Shown here one piece after another: positions 15,423 to 24,204 of a stretch of DNA of 64,000 nt. The notes beneath the pieces are model-generated. The model had not been told where the DNA came from. It searched no databases and saw only the letters and a list, made by a program, of their open reading frames with translations. The number at the start of each line of letters is the position of its first letter. The first letter of the stretch is position 1. The DNA lies in assembly GCA_016124675.1 (NCBI GenBank), contig WGNG01000010.1, positions 12,634 through 76,633 on the forward strand, read 5' to 3'. The position numbers and the translations under genes were made by a program. The DNA comes from Alphaproteobacteria bacterium. Its GTDB lineage: Bacteria > Pseudomonadota > Alphaproteobacteria > Caulobacterales > Maricaulaceae.

Positions 15423-15679
15423 TCTAAACCTTCAATCCGCTCCAGTGGCTCCAGCCGTTCGGCGCGCCGCCAGTTGTCAATTATAGCATCACGTCGCAGC
15501 TCGATCCAATCATCGACAAGTCTGCGGGCGCGGACCGGCAAACTGCCTGCAACCAGCGAACCGTCAGAAATCGCGATCAGCGCCTCATGCCCCTGATAGA
15601 CGACATGAATGTGGGGCGGTGGGTGGTCTCCGAAATACATTCGGATCGTGATGCCGAAGAAGACGGAGATGATCGGCAT
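15419..15679 (-). CDS. DUF4160 domain protein
   Basis: 86 aa: MPIISVFFGITIRMYFGDHPPPHIHVVYQGHEALIAI is the hallmark DUF4160 N-terminus. Confidence 0.85.
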   Translation of the reverse strand: MPIISVFFGITIRMYFGDHPPPHIHVVYQGHEALIAISDGSLVAGSLPVRARRLVDDWIELRRDAIIDNWRRAERLEPLERIEGLD

Positions 15680-15682
15680 ACC

Positions 15683-16996
15683 CTACCCCACCCGCTCAAT
15701 CGCGCACACGTAAAACCCGTCGGTTCCGGTGCGCGCCGGGGTCAGTTGCAGGGCGCCATGCTCGCCCGCGCAGGCGGACAGCGTCAGCGCGCCTTCTTCG
15801 GTGAGCTGGCCCGAGGCCTTGAGGGCGTCCATCACCGGCACGGGGCGGAAGGCCGGGTTGGCGGCGAGGAAGGCGCTGACGCGGTCGGCGTTCTCTTCGG
15901 GCAATACCGAGCAGGTGACATAGACCATCCGTCCGCCGGCCTTGACGTATCTGGCGGCCTTGGCGAGCACCTCGTCCTGCTGCTTGATGCGGGTGGCCAG
16001 AGCGCGCTCTTTCAGGCGCCATTTGGTGTCCGGCCTGCGCCGCCAGGTGCCCGAGCCGGTGCAGGGCGCGTCGATAAAGACCAGATCCATGCGGTCTTCC
16101 AGATCACACAGCGCCTCGGCCTCCTTGCCGGTGCGGACCTGAACATTGCGCACCCCGGCGCGCTCCAGGCGCGGCCAGATGGCGCGCAGGCGCCGCCAGT
16201 CAAAATCCCAGGCATAGAGCTGGCCGGTATTGTTCATCAGCGCGGCCAGCGCCAGCGTCTTGCCCCCCGCGCCAGCGCACAGATCCAGCACCTGCAGGCC
16301 CTCCGCCGGGGCCGCGGCCAGGGCGGCGATCTGGCTGCCGAGATCCTGCACCTCCACCCAGCCCTTGCCATAGGCGGGGATGGAATCGGCCGGCGGCGCC
16401 TTGGCGCGCGGATCGCTGGCGGGGATGCGGATGGCGCTGGTGATCAGCTCGGACGGATCGCAATTGATCTGCGCGCGCACCGCCGAGATGGCTTTTTCCG
16501 CATCGGTCTTGAGCGTGTTGACGCGCAAATCCACCGGCGCACGCGCGGCCATGCCCGCGCCTTCCGTCACCGCATCGGCGCCAAAGCCGCGCACGAAGCT
16601 CGCTTCCAGCCAGTCCGGTATTTCCGCGCGCGCCCACAAAGGCGCGTCCTGCGGCAGGGCGGCGGTCATCCCGGCGCGCTCAGTGTTAGTCAGCGGCGCG
16701 GGCGCGTGTTCGTCGCCGTCGAAAATCGCCGCCACCGCGTCGGGTCGCATCTCCCACTCATGGGCCAGCGTGGCCAGCACCATGGCGCGCGGCGTGTCTT
16801 CACCCATGCGCACGCCGTGCGAGGCGCGCTTGCGCATGGCGTCCAGCACCAGACCGGAAATCCACGCCCGGTCGCCCGACCCGGCATAGCGATTGGCCTT
16901 GCCCCAGTCGCGCAGGGCGTCCTTGACCGGCTGATGCCGGTTGAGAACGGTGTCGAGCACCTCGATGGCGGCGGCAATACGCCCGGCTTCACGCAT
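15683..16996 (-). CDS. rsmB: RsmB/Sun-type SAM-dependent 16S rRNA (cytosine-C5) methyltransferase
   Basis: 437 aa. NusB-like N-terminus, SAM motif VLDLCAGAGGKT, catalytic motifs FIDAPCTGSGTWRRRPD and VYVTCS. Confidence 0.85.
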   Translation of the reverse strand: MREAGRIAAAIEVLDTVLNRHQPVKDALRDWGKANRYAGSGDRAWISGLVLDAMRKRASHGVRMGEDTPRAMVLATLAHEWEMRPDAVAAIFDGDEHAPAPLTNTERAGMTAALPQDAPLWARAEIPDWLEASFVRGFGADAVTEGAGMAARAPVDLRVNTLKTDAEKAISAVRAQINCDPSELITSAIRIPASDPRAKAPPADSIPAYGKGWVEVQDLGSQIAALAAAPAEGLQVLDLCAGAGGKTLALAALMNNTGQLYAWDFDWRRLRAIWPRLERAGVRNVQVRTGKEAEALCDLEDRMDLVFIDAPCTGSGTWRRRPDTKWRLKERALATRIKQQDEVLAKAARYVKAGGRMVYVTCSVLPEENADRVSAFLAANPAFRPVPVMDALKASGQLTEEGALTLSACAGEHGALQLTPARTGTDGFYVCAIERVG

Positions 16997-17122
16997 GTCT
17001 TCGTCTTCCTGTCGGCGTCGAGCGCCACACGGCGCCCGGACTGAACATAATCAAAGTCACAGGCCACATCATGTTTCGCCCGCTTTCGTCTTGTATCGGC
17101 CAGCGCTGGCGGGTGCCGCCCA

Positions 17123-17275
17123 CCCCTCACCTTACCTCTCCCCTCATGGAGGGGAGAGGAGGCTTTGACCTCGCGCCAAGAGCGTCAGGCCAAACGCCTG
17201 GCGGCCCTGTTTATGGCTCAACAACCGAAGCCCCCTCTCCCCCATGGATATGGGGGAGAGGATAGAGGTGAGGGG
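17123..17275. repeat. MITE-like nested palindromic element, copy A (about 153 bp)
   Basis: Left module CCCCTCACCTTACCTCTCCCCtcatggaGGGGAGAGG. Right module in inverse orientation CCTCTCCCCCatggatatGGGGGAGAGGATAGAGGTGAGGGGG. The same module pair recurs at 58793-58947. Confidence 0.7.
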
Positions 17276-17385
17276 GCGGCGGAACGATCAAATTCAACGT
17301 TCCAGAACCCATCCTCTTGCGTCAGATGAGCGGCCAATCAGCGCGCCGATCGATACCCGGTATCGATCCTTGACGCCTCATCCCC

Positions 17386-18858
17386 TCAGCCCGGCGTGGG
17401 ATAGTTCGGCGCTTCGCGGGTGATGGTCACGTCGTGGACATGGCTTTCGCGCAAGCCTGCATTGGTGATGCGCACGAATTGCGCCTTGGCCTGGAACTCT
17501 TCCACGGTCTTCGCGCCGGTATAGCCCATGGCGGCGCGAAGGCCCCCGACCATCTGGTGCAGGATCGGTCCGGCCGGCCCCTTGTAGGGCACCTGGCCTT
17601 CAATGCCTTCGGGCACCAGCTTCATGGCGTCGGTGACTTCCTTCTGGAAATACCGGTCGGCCGAGCCGCGCGCCATGGCGCCCACACTGCCCATGCCGCG
17701 ATAGGATTTGTAGGACCGGCCCTTGAACAGGAACACCTCGCCGGGCGCCTCTTCGGTGCCGGCAAGCATGGAGCCCATCATCACGCAGTCGGCGCCCGCC
17801 GCGATGGCCTTGGCCAGATCGCCCGAATACTTGATGCCGCCATCGGCGATGATCGCGCCGTCAAAGCCTTCACGCGCCCGCGCCGCTTCCATGATGGCGG
17901 TCAGCTGGGGCACGCCCACGCCCGCCACGATCCGCGTGGTGCAGATCGAGCCAGGCCCGATGCCCACTTTCACGCTGTCGGCGCCGGCGTCGAACAAAGC
18001 GCGCGCGCCGTCATAGGTGGCGATATTGCCCGCCATCACCTGGGCCTTGTTGGAGGCGGCCTTGATGCGGCGCACCTGCTCGATGACGCTGGCCGACATG
18101 CCATGGGCGGTGTCGATCACCAGCACGTCCACGCCCGCGTCCAGCAGGGCCTGCGCGCGCTCGAACCCGGCATCGCCCACCGTGGTGGCGGCGGCGACGC
18201 GCAGGCGGCCCTGCTCGTCCTTGGCGGCGCTGGGGTGGGCTTGCGCCTTCTCCATGTCCTTGACGGTCATCAGCCCGACGCAGTGACCCGCCTCGTCGAC
18301 CACCAGAAGACGCTCGATGCGGTGCTTGTGCAAAAGGCGGCGCGCCTCGGCCTGGTCGACGCCCGGCTTCACGGTGACGAGGTTGTCGCGCGTCATCATG
18401 GAGGCGACGCTGGCGCTCATGTCGTCGGCGAAGCGCACATCGCGGTTGGTGATGATTCCCACCAGCCTGCCATTGGGTCCGCCGCGCGCCTCCACCACCG
18501 GAATGCCGGAAATGCGGTGGCGGTCCATCAGGGCGCGCAGGTCCGCCAAAGTGGCGTCGGGCGTGATGGTGATCGGGTTGACCACCATGCCGCTTTCAAA
18601 GCGCTTGACGCGGCGGACCTCTTCGGCCTGCGCGTCATTGGAGAGATTGCGGTGGATCACCCCCATGCCGCCCGCCTGCGCCATGGCGATGGCGAGGCTG
18701 GCTTCGGTCACCGTATCCATGGCGGCCGACAGGATCGGAATGTTGAGCGGGATGGTCGCAGTGGCGCGTGTGCGCACATCGGCCTGGGCGGGCAAAACCT
18801 CGGACGCGCCGGGCTGCAAGAGCACGTCGTCAAAGGTGAGCCCCTCGCGAATCTGCAT
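17386..18858 (-). CDS. guaB: IMP dehydrogenase
   Basis: ORF 17386..19032. True start is ATG 18858 ([17 protein letters not shown]) preceded by GGAGG. CBS pair present; catalytic loop [11 protein letters not shown]. Confidence 0.95.
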   Translation of the reverse strand: MQIREGLTFDDVLLQPGASEVLPAQADVRTRATATIPLNIPILSAAMDTVTEASLAIAMAQAGGMGVIHRNLSNDAQAEEVRRVKRFESGMVVNPITITPDATLADLRALMDRHRISGIPVVEARGGPNGRLVGIITNRDVRFADDMSASVASMMTRDNLVTVKPGVDQAEARRLLHKHRIERLLVVDEAGHCVGLMTVKDMEKAQAHPSAAKDEQGRLRVAAATTVGDAGFERAQALLDAGVDVLVIDTAHGMSASVIEQVRRIKAASNKAQVMAGNIATYDGARALFDAGADSVKVGIGPGSICTTRIVAGVGVPQLTAIMEAARAREGFDGAIIADGGIKYSGDLAKAIAAGADCVMMGSMLAGTEEAPGEVFLFKGRSYKSYRGMGSVGAMARGSADRYFQKEVTDAMKLVPEGIEGQVPYKGPAGPILHQMVGGLRAAMGYTGAKTVEEFQAKAQFVRITNAGLRESHVHDVTITREAPNYPTPG

Positions 18859-18925
18859 GGGGAGGCCTCCTTCTCTCTTGCGGGGCCGACTTAGCAGGTC
18901 TTGCCAAAAGGGCAAGGGCGGCGGC

Positions 18926-19123
18926 TCAATCGCGCTCAGTCCCGCCATGGTCTGAGGGCGGCAGATCGGCCGGATCCACCGGCTCGCCAGGCACGGCATA
19001 GGCGCCGGAGAACCAGCGGCCGAGATCAGCATCCGCGCAGCGGCGCGAGCAGAACGGGCGGTAGTCCTTCACCACGGGCCGCCAGCAGATCGGGCAGCCG
19101 GACTTGTGACGCCGGCCGGTCAT
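18926..19123 (-). CDS. yacG: DNA gyrase inhibitor YacG (zinc-finger protein)
   Basis: 65 aa: CPICWRPV...RPFCSRRCADADLGRWF. ATGA overlap with the upstream gene. Confidence 0.85.
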   Translation of the reverse strand: MTGRRHKSGCPICWRPVVKDYRPFCSRRCADADLGRWFSGAYAVPGEPVDPADLPPSDHGGTERD

Positions 19124-20187
19124 GACGCATGCGCCGCGAATGCCCGCCGCCCCAGCGCCGCGTCAAGCTCCAGCACGAAGCGCTCGCCCAGGCGCGCCTT
19201 CATCGCCTTGCGCCAGCCGATGGGGTCAGCGTCGAGCCAGGCATACACCTCACCGCCTGCGCGCAGGGTGATCTGGCGCGCGCCGCGATTGGCCGCGCCT
19301 TCACGCTCCAGCGCGCGCAGGGCGGCCAGCGCCGCCGTCTCCACCGTCTCCACGCCGAACCGCTCCCAGCAGATCTCGTGCAGGCCGCGCCCGATGCGCT
19401 GGCGGGCAAGCTCCACAATGGCAAAGCGCGAGGCCGGGGCGATGTCGACCTTGGCCGGATCATTCTTGAAAGCGCCGCGGATCGCCTGATCCAGCGCGGC
19501 CTGGTCTGCGCGCTTTTTGAGCGGCAGGAAGTCGATGGCCACCACCCCGCCAATGCCGCGCAGGCGGATCTGGCGCGCCGCCTCGCGCGCGGCGCTCCTG
19601 TTGAGCTCGATGGCGAGCTTGCCCGCCCCGCCCGGCGTGGCGCGCGCGCCGGCGTCGACATCGATGGCGGTGAGCGCGGTCACCGGCTCGATCACCAGCT
19701 TCCCGCCGCCGGGCAACGGGACCACTGGGTCCAGCGCGTCCTCGAACAGGGCATTGAGATCAATCTCCGCCTCTTTGGGCGTGCGCACCGGCGCGTCGAA
19801 CATCATGGACAGGCGCTCGGCCAGGGGCGGCGACGGCACGATCACTTGCGGCGCCTCGCCGGGCTCCACCTCGAACAGGGAGAGCGTCGGGCCCTTTTCC
19901 TGAAACGCCTCGCGCTGGATCTGCACGCCCAGCGCCGCGCCCTCGTGCAGCCCGTCAGGACGCCCGGCCTTGCCAAACGGCAGGAAGCCCGCCGGGCCGC
20001 GGCCCAGCTCGCAAAAGGCGCCGTTCAGGCCATTGTCGACCTTGGTGACGCGCGCACGGTACACCTCGCCGCGGATGGCGCGCCTGCCGCGCTCGCTCCA
20101 GCGTTCGAGATGCAGCTCCAGCGCCCGCTCGCCATCGAGCACCGCAGCGCGCGTTTCACCCACATGATCAAAAGCGACAATTCTCAA
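19120..20187 (-). CDS. short ribonuclease E/G family protein (355 aa)
   Basis: ORF 19120..20328 trimmed to TTG 20187, which overlaps the maf stop as TTGA. S1-like IRGEVYRARVTKVDNGLNGAFCELG, then an RNase E/G catalytic-core-like LTAIDVDAG...IGGVVAIDFL. Confidence 0.8.
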   Translation of the reverse strand: MRIVAFDHVGETRAAVLDGERALELHLERWSERGRRAIRGEVYRARVTKVDNGLNGAFCELGRGPAGFLPFGKAGRPDGLHEGAALGVQIQREAFQEKGPTLSLFEVEPGEAPQVIVPSPPLAERLSMMFDAPVRTPKEAEIDLNALFEDALDPVVPLPGGGKLVIEPVTALTAIDVDAGARATPGGAGKLAIELNRSAAREAARQIRLRGIGGVVAIDFLPLKKRADQAALDQAIRGAFKNDPAKVDIAPASRFAIVELARQRIGRGLHEICWERFGVETVETAALAALRALEREGAANRGARQITLRAGGEVYAWLDADPIGWRKAMKARLGERFVLELDAALGRRAFAAHAS

Positions 20188-20762
20188 AACACATATCCCA
20201 GTCCGAGGAGCGCCTGGCGGGTTTCGTAGACCGGCAGACCCATGACGCCGGTATAGGAGCCGGTGAGCGCGATGATGAAGGCGCCAGCCCGGCCCTGAAT
20301 GCCATAGCCGCCCGCCTTGCCGTCCCATTCGCCGCTATCGAGATAGGCGGTTATGTCGGCCTCGCTCAAGGGCTTCATCTTCAGGCGCGTCTCCGACACG
20401 CGGCTTGCCACACGGCCATCGGGCGCGCGCACGGCGAGCCCTGTAAAGACCCGGTGATTGCGACCGGACAGGAGGCGCAGGCACATGCCGGCCTCTTCGC
20501 GGCTTTCCGCCTTGGGCAGGATGCGACGCCCGACCGCCACCACCGTGTCGCTGGCCAGCACATAGCAGCCGGGATGATCGCTGGCGGCCAGCTTGTCTTG
20601 CGCCAGACGCAAGGCCAGCGCCCGCGGCAGCTCGCCGGGGCGTGCAGTCTCGTCGATATCGGCAGGGGCGATCCGGTCGGGCGCGGCGCCGATCTGCGCC
20701 AGCAGGTCGCGTCGTCGCGGCGAGGCGCTCGCCAGCACCAGGGGCGCGCGCGCCTGGGTCAC
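20184..20762 (-). CDS. maf: Maf family nucleoside-triphosphate pyrophosphatase
   Basis: 192 aa: LVLASASPRRRDLLAQIG...DKAGGYGIQG. Confidence 0.9.
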   Translation of the reverse strand: MTQARAPLVLASASPRRRDLLAQIGAAPDRIAPADIDETARPGELPRALALRLAQDKLAASDHPGCYVLASDTVVAVGRRILPKAESREEAGMCLRLLSGRNHRVFTGLAVRAPDGRVASRVSETRLKMKPLSEADITAYLDSGEWDGKAGGYGIQGRAGAFIIALTGSYTGVMGLPVYETRQALLGLGYVF

Positions 20763-20766
20763 CGGC

Positions 20767-20985
20767 TTACTTGAAGCGATAGGTGATGCGCCCTTTGGTC
20801 AGGTCATAGGGCGTCATCTCGACAAGCACCTTGTCGCCCGCCAGGACGCGGATGCGGTTCTTGCGCATCTTGCCAGCCGTATGGGCAATGATCTGGTGTT
20901 CGTTTTCGAGACGGACCTTGAAGGTCGCGTTCGGCAGGAGTTCGACGACCTCGCCGGGAAACTCGAGCAATTCTTCCTTCGCCAT
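20767..20985 (-). CDS. infA: translation initiation factor IF-1
   Basis: 72 aa: [72 protein letters not shown]. Confidence 0.97.
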   Translation of the reverse strand: MAKEELLEFPGEVVELLPNATFKVRLENEHQIIAHTAGKMRKNRIRVLAGDKVLVEMTPYDLTKGRITYRFK

Positions 20986-21063
20986 GCGGCTCCTCTTGTT
21001 CCTGCGCCGGACCTGAAATCGTCCTGTCGCGCGCCGGGGCGCTATATAGTCCCCTATGACAGG

Positions 21064-21513
21064 CTACGTCGAGCCTTCAGCACTCTGGCTGTGACGAGCG
21101 CCCCATTGCGCCACCCGCGCCGCGATGGCGTCACGCGCGCTGCGATAGGCGTCAAGGCGGCGTTCGTGCTGGCCCTCGACCCGTGCCGGATCGCCGATGG
21201 GCCAGAATTCATAGGCCGCACCGCGCCGTTCGGCAAAGGCGGACGCGGCTGCGCCGGCCTCCTCGGCCAGGCAGACAACGAGCTCCACCGGCGTGTCGGC
21301 GGTCGCCTCCATGTCGCGGCATTCAAAGCCGGAGAGGTCGAGACCAAGCTCGCCCATCACATTGATCATGAAACCGTCAGGCCAGGGCGCCGGCTCCACG
21401 CCGCACGAGCTGGCCGGCGCGTCCGGTCCGAACCGGCGCCGCCAGAATGTCTCGGCCATGGGCGAACGCACCGCGTTGCGCGCACACACGAACACCACGG
21501 CGGGCGCGCTCAC
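21064..21513 (-). CDS. low-molecular-weight phosphotyrosine phosphatase / ArsC-like family protein
   Basis: 149 aa. P-loop VVFVCARNAVRSPMAE (C-x5-R-S). Confidence 0.8.
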   Translation of the reverse strand: MSAPAVVFVCARNAVRSPMAETFWRRRFGPDAPASSCGVEPAPWPDGFMINVMGELGLDLSGFECRDMEATADTPVELVVCLAEEAGAAASAFAERRGAAYEFWPIGDPARVEGQHERRLDAYRSARDAIAARVAQWGARHSQSAEGST

Positions 21514-21983
21514 GCGCCTCTCCGGTGCAGGGCGCAGATCAGGGTGAAGAGGCGGCGCGCCGTGTCGAAATCCACATCAATCTTGCCGGCCAGGCGCTCG
21601 CGCAGCAGGGTCGAGCCTTCATTGTGCACGCCGCGCCGGCCCATATCGATGGCCTCGATCTGGCCCAGCGGCGCATCGCGCACGGCGGCGTAATAGCTGT
21701 CACACATCAGGAAATAGTCTTTCAGGATGCGCCGCAGCGGCCCCAGCGAGAACACGAACATGCGCACCGGCGCGCCGTCCTGTGATTTCACATCAAACAC
21801 CAGGCGCTGATCCTCGATAGCCAGGCGCAGGGCGTAGGGGCCGTGCTCTGATCCGGCCGGCTCAAACACGTTTGCTTCCAGCAAATCCGCGATCGCCACC
21901 CGGCGCTCATGCTCGACCGCTTCCTCCGCCTTGCCGATGGAGGCCTGGTCCAGCTCCACTGCAATCAGCCTGTGCTCGCTCAT
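21510..21983 (-). CDS. UPF0262 family protein
   Basis: ORF 21510..22061 trimmed to ATG 21983 (MSEHRLIAVELD), which overlaps the upstream stop as ATGA. ...HERRVAIADLLE...FSLGPLRRILKDYFLMCDSYY... matches the conserved alphaproteobacterial UPF0262 pattern. Confidence 0.8.
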   Translation of the reverse strand: MSEHRLIAVELDQASIGKAEEAVEHERRVAIADLLEANVFEPAGSEHGPYALRLAIEDQRLVFDVKSQDGAPVRMFVFSLGPLRRILKDYFLMCDSYYAAVRDAPLGQIEAIDMGRRGVHNEGSTLLRERLAGKIDVDFDTARRLFTLICALHRRGA

Positions 21984-22423
21984 GGATGCGCCTCGCCATG
22001 ATCGGGACGGCGCACTGCCGCCCAGGGCGCCGAGACATCCGCGAGCGTCACGTCCACGCACTCCACGCTCAGGCGCAGCGCCCCGCCGCCGGAAAATGTC
22101 AAAAGCAGCACCCCGCCCGGCGCCTCGCCCGGTTCGAAGGTCAGGGCCAGAAGGCTGACCACCGCATCTGATTCGCCCTGCTTCAGGCGCTGGGAGCTCG
22201 CCTCCAGCACCGAGCTGACCTGCAGCGCGGCGCGCACGCGCTCGCCGCGGCGGTCTTTCGCCGCCTCCCAGCGGAAGCGGTTGAGGGCGATGGTGAAGCG
22301 GCGCGCCCTGGGCTCATAGACGAAATCGCCCAGCTGACCGGCGGCGTCCTGCAACGCCGCCGAGATCACCGGCAGATCGTCTTCGCTCTCGGCGATCAGG
22401 CGCAGGGGACGGTCGGCGGACAT
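21980..22423 (-). CDS. DUF2948 family protein
   Basis: 147 aa: LRLIAESEDDLPVISAALQDA...RFTIALNRFRWE...LLALTFEPGE...LRLSVECVDVTLADVSAPW. Immediately follows murA, as in other alphaproteobacteria. Confidence 0.75.
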   Translation of the reverse strand: MSADRPLRLIAESEDDLPVISAALQDAAGQLGDFVYEPRARRFTIALNRFRWEAAKDRRGERVRAALQVSSVLEASSQRLKQGESDAVVSLLALTFEPGEAPGGVLLLTFSGGGALRLSVECVDVTLADVSAPWAAVRRPDHGEAHP

Positions 22424-23692
22424 TCAGGCGGACTCCTCGGGACGGCGCACGATATCGGCACCGCAGGCGGACAGTTTTTCCTCGAGCCGCTCAAACCCGC
22501 GGTCGAGATGATAGATGCGGCTCACACTCGTTTCACCTTCCGCCGCCAGACCGGCGATGACAAGGCTGACGGACGCGCGCAGATCAGTCGCCATGACAGG
22601 GGCGCCCTTGAGGCGGACCGGGCCGCGCACGATCGCCTCATTGCCGCGCACATCGATGCGCGCGCCCAGACGCGTCAGCTCGGGGGCATGCATGAAGCGG
22701 TTCTCGAAGATCGTCTCGCGAATGACGCTGGCTCCATCCGCCAGCGTCATCAGCGCCATGAACTGCGCCTGCAGATCGGTGGGAAAGCCGGGGAATGGCT
22801 CGGTCTGGATGTCCACGGCGCGAATCGGGCCGCTGCGGGCGATCTCCACTTTGCCGGCGCCGGCGGTGATCTCGGCCCCCGCACGGCGCAGCACATCCCA
22901 CAGGGCGCGATTATGGTCAGGCTCGACCCCCTCCAGCCGCACGCGGCCACCCGCAGCAGCCGCCGCGATGGCGTAGGTGCCGGTCTCCACCCGGTCCGGG
23001 GTCACGGTCCATTGCGCCGCGTGCAGCCGGTCGACGCCGCTGATGGTGATCGTATCGGTTCCGGCCCCGGACACGCGCGCTCCCATGGCGTTGAGGCAGC
23101 TTGCCAGATCGCCGATTTCCGGCTCGCGGGCGCAGTGCTCCAGCACCGTCTCGCCCCTGGCCAGGACGGCGGCCAGCATGGCGTGCTCGGTGGCCCCGAC
23201 CGAGACCATGGGGAACACGATGCGCGCGCCGGTGAGGCCGCGCGGCGCCCGGGCGATCACATAGCCTTCGGACAATTCGATCTCTGCGCCCAGCGCTTCC
23301 AGCGCCATGAGGTGCAGGTTCACGGGCCGCGCGCCAATGGCGCACCCGCCCGGCAGCGAGACCCGCGCCCGGCCCGCGCGGGCGATCAGCGGCCCCAGCA
23401 CGTTGAAGCTCGCGCGCATCTTGCGCACCAGATCGTAGGGCGCTTCGGGCTCGGCGAGCGTGGCGGCGTGCAGGCGCAGGCGCCCTTCGCGCTGATCCTC
23501 CACATCGACCCCGAGCCGGGCCAGCAACTGGCCCAGGAAACGCACATCCGCCAGCGCCGGCACGCGCGACAGCGCCAGGGGCGCATCGGACAACAGCGAG
23601 GCGGCCATCAGCTTCAGGGCCGAATTCTTCGCGCCGGAGATGGTGATGGCCCCGTCAAGGGGGCGTCCGCCGCGAATGAGTATCCGGTCCAT
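22424..23692 (-). CDS. murA: UDP-N-acetylglucosamine 1-carboxyvinyltransferase
   Basis: ORF 22424..23755 trimmed to [28 protein letters not shown] (ATG 23692). 422 aa, typical MurA. Confidence 0.95.
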   Translation of the reverse strand: MDRILIRGGRPLDGAITISGAKNSALKLMAASLLSDAPLALSRVPALADVRFLGQLLARLGVDVEDQREGRLRLHAATLAEPEAPYDLVRKMRASFNVLGPLIARAGRARVSLPGGCAIGARPVNLHLMALEALGAEIELSEGYVIARAPRGLTGARIVFPMVSVGATEHAMLAAVLARGETVLEHCAREPEIGDLASCLNAMGARVSGAGTDTITISGVDRLHAAQWTVTPDRVETGTYAIAAAAAGGRVRLEGVEPDHNRALWDVLRRAGAEITAGAGKVEIARSGPIRAVDIQTEPFPGFPTDLQAQFMALMTLADGASVIRETIFENRFMHAPELTRLGARIDVRGNEAIVRGPVRLKGAPVMATDLRASVSLVIAGLAAEGETSVSRIYHLDRGFERLEEKLSACGADIVRRPEESA

Positions 23693-23776
23693 GCGTGCAA
23701 TGTCCGCCCTGTTTGAAGCTTCAAGCGATGTGAGCGGCCACGAGGCCGCGTGCAAGGGGTGGGCGCGCCGGCCCGC

Positions 23777-23965
23777 TCAGTTGTCCTCAGCGCCTTCGCC
23801 GCGCTCGCGCGGGGCATCGGGCCCGCCGGACGGCGCGGCGGCAGGCCTCTGCGGCGCCTTGCGGCGCTTCAGATTGGCGCGCAGCGCCTGCGCCAGGCGC
23901 GCTTCGCGGGCGGCCTGGCCAGGCGCGGGCGCGCCCGCTGCGGGATCGGAGGTGGACCGGGTCAT
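23777..23965 (-). CDS. small basic hypothetical protein (62 aa)
   Basis: Internal ATG 23965 of ORF 23777..24187: MTRSTSDPAAG...EARLAQALRANLKRRKAPQR.... Similar short Arg/Lys-rich ORFs sit upstream of murA in relatives (recollection only). Confidence 0.4.
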   Translation of the reverse strand: MTRSTSDPAAGAPAPGQAAREARLAQALRANLKRRKAPQRPAAAPSGGPDAPRERGEGAEDN

Positions 23966-24008
23966 GTTTTTGGAATGGCGCCGCCTGCGTCCGGGGTCAA
24001 GCCCGGCC

Positions 24009-24037
24009 TTGGCGGGCGTAAAACAATGCGCTATAGC
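24009..24037 (+). promoter_or_regulatory. promoter candidate for tRNA-Thr (TTGGCG-N17-TATAGC)
   Basis: TTGGCG at 24009-24014, 17-nt spacer, TATAGC at 24032-24037 (within the palindrome GCGCTATAGCGC), about 34 nt before the tRNA 5' end. Confidence 0.25.
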
Positions 24038-24070
24038 GCGCTCCTCCGCTGAACGGCGGACGTCTGGCGC

Positions 24071-24145
<75 letters not shown>

Positions 24146-24204
24146 GGACGGGCCGCTTGCGGCCTTGCTGCAACGTCGGCATTCCAATCAAATCAGGCGA
24201 ACCC

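Noticed and set aside
17071-17265. Small ORFs encoding PLSPMG/GERG-type strings at 17071..17265, 58719..58961, 58752..58937 and 58780..59139
   Set aside because: They are translations of the palindromic repeat modules, read on both strands at both loci. They are not independent genes.
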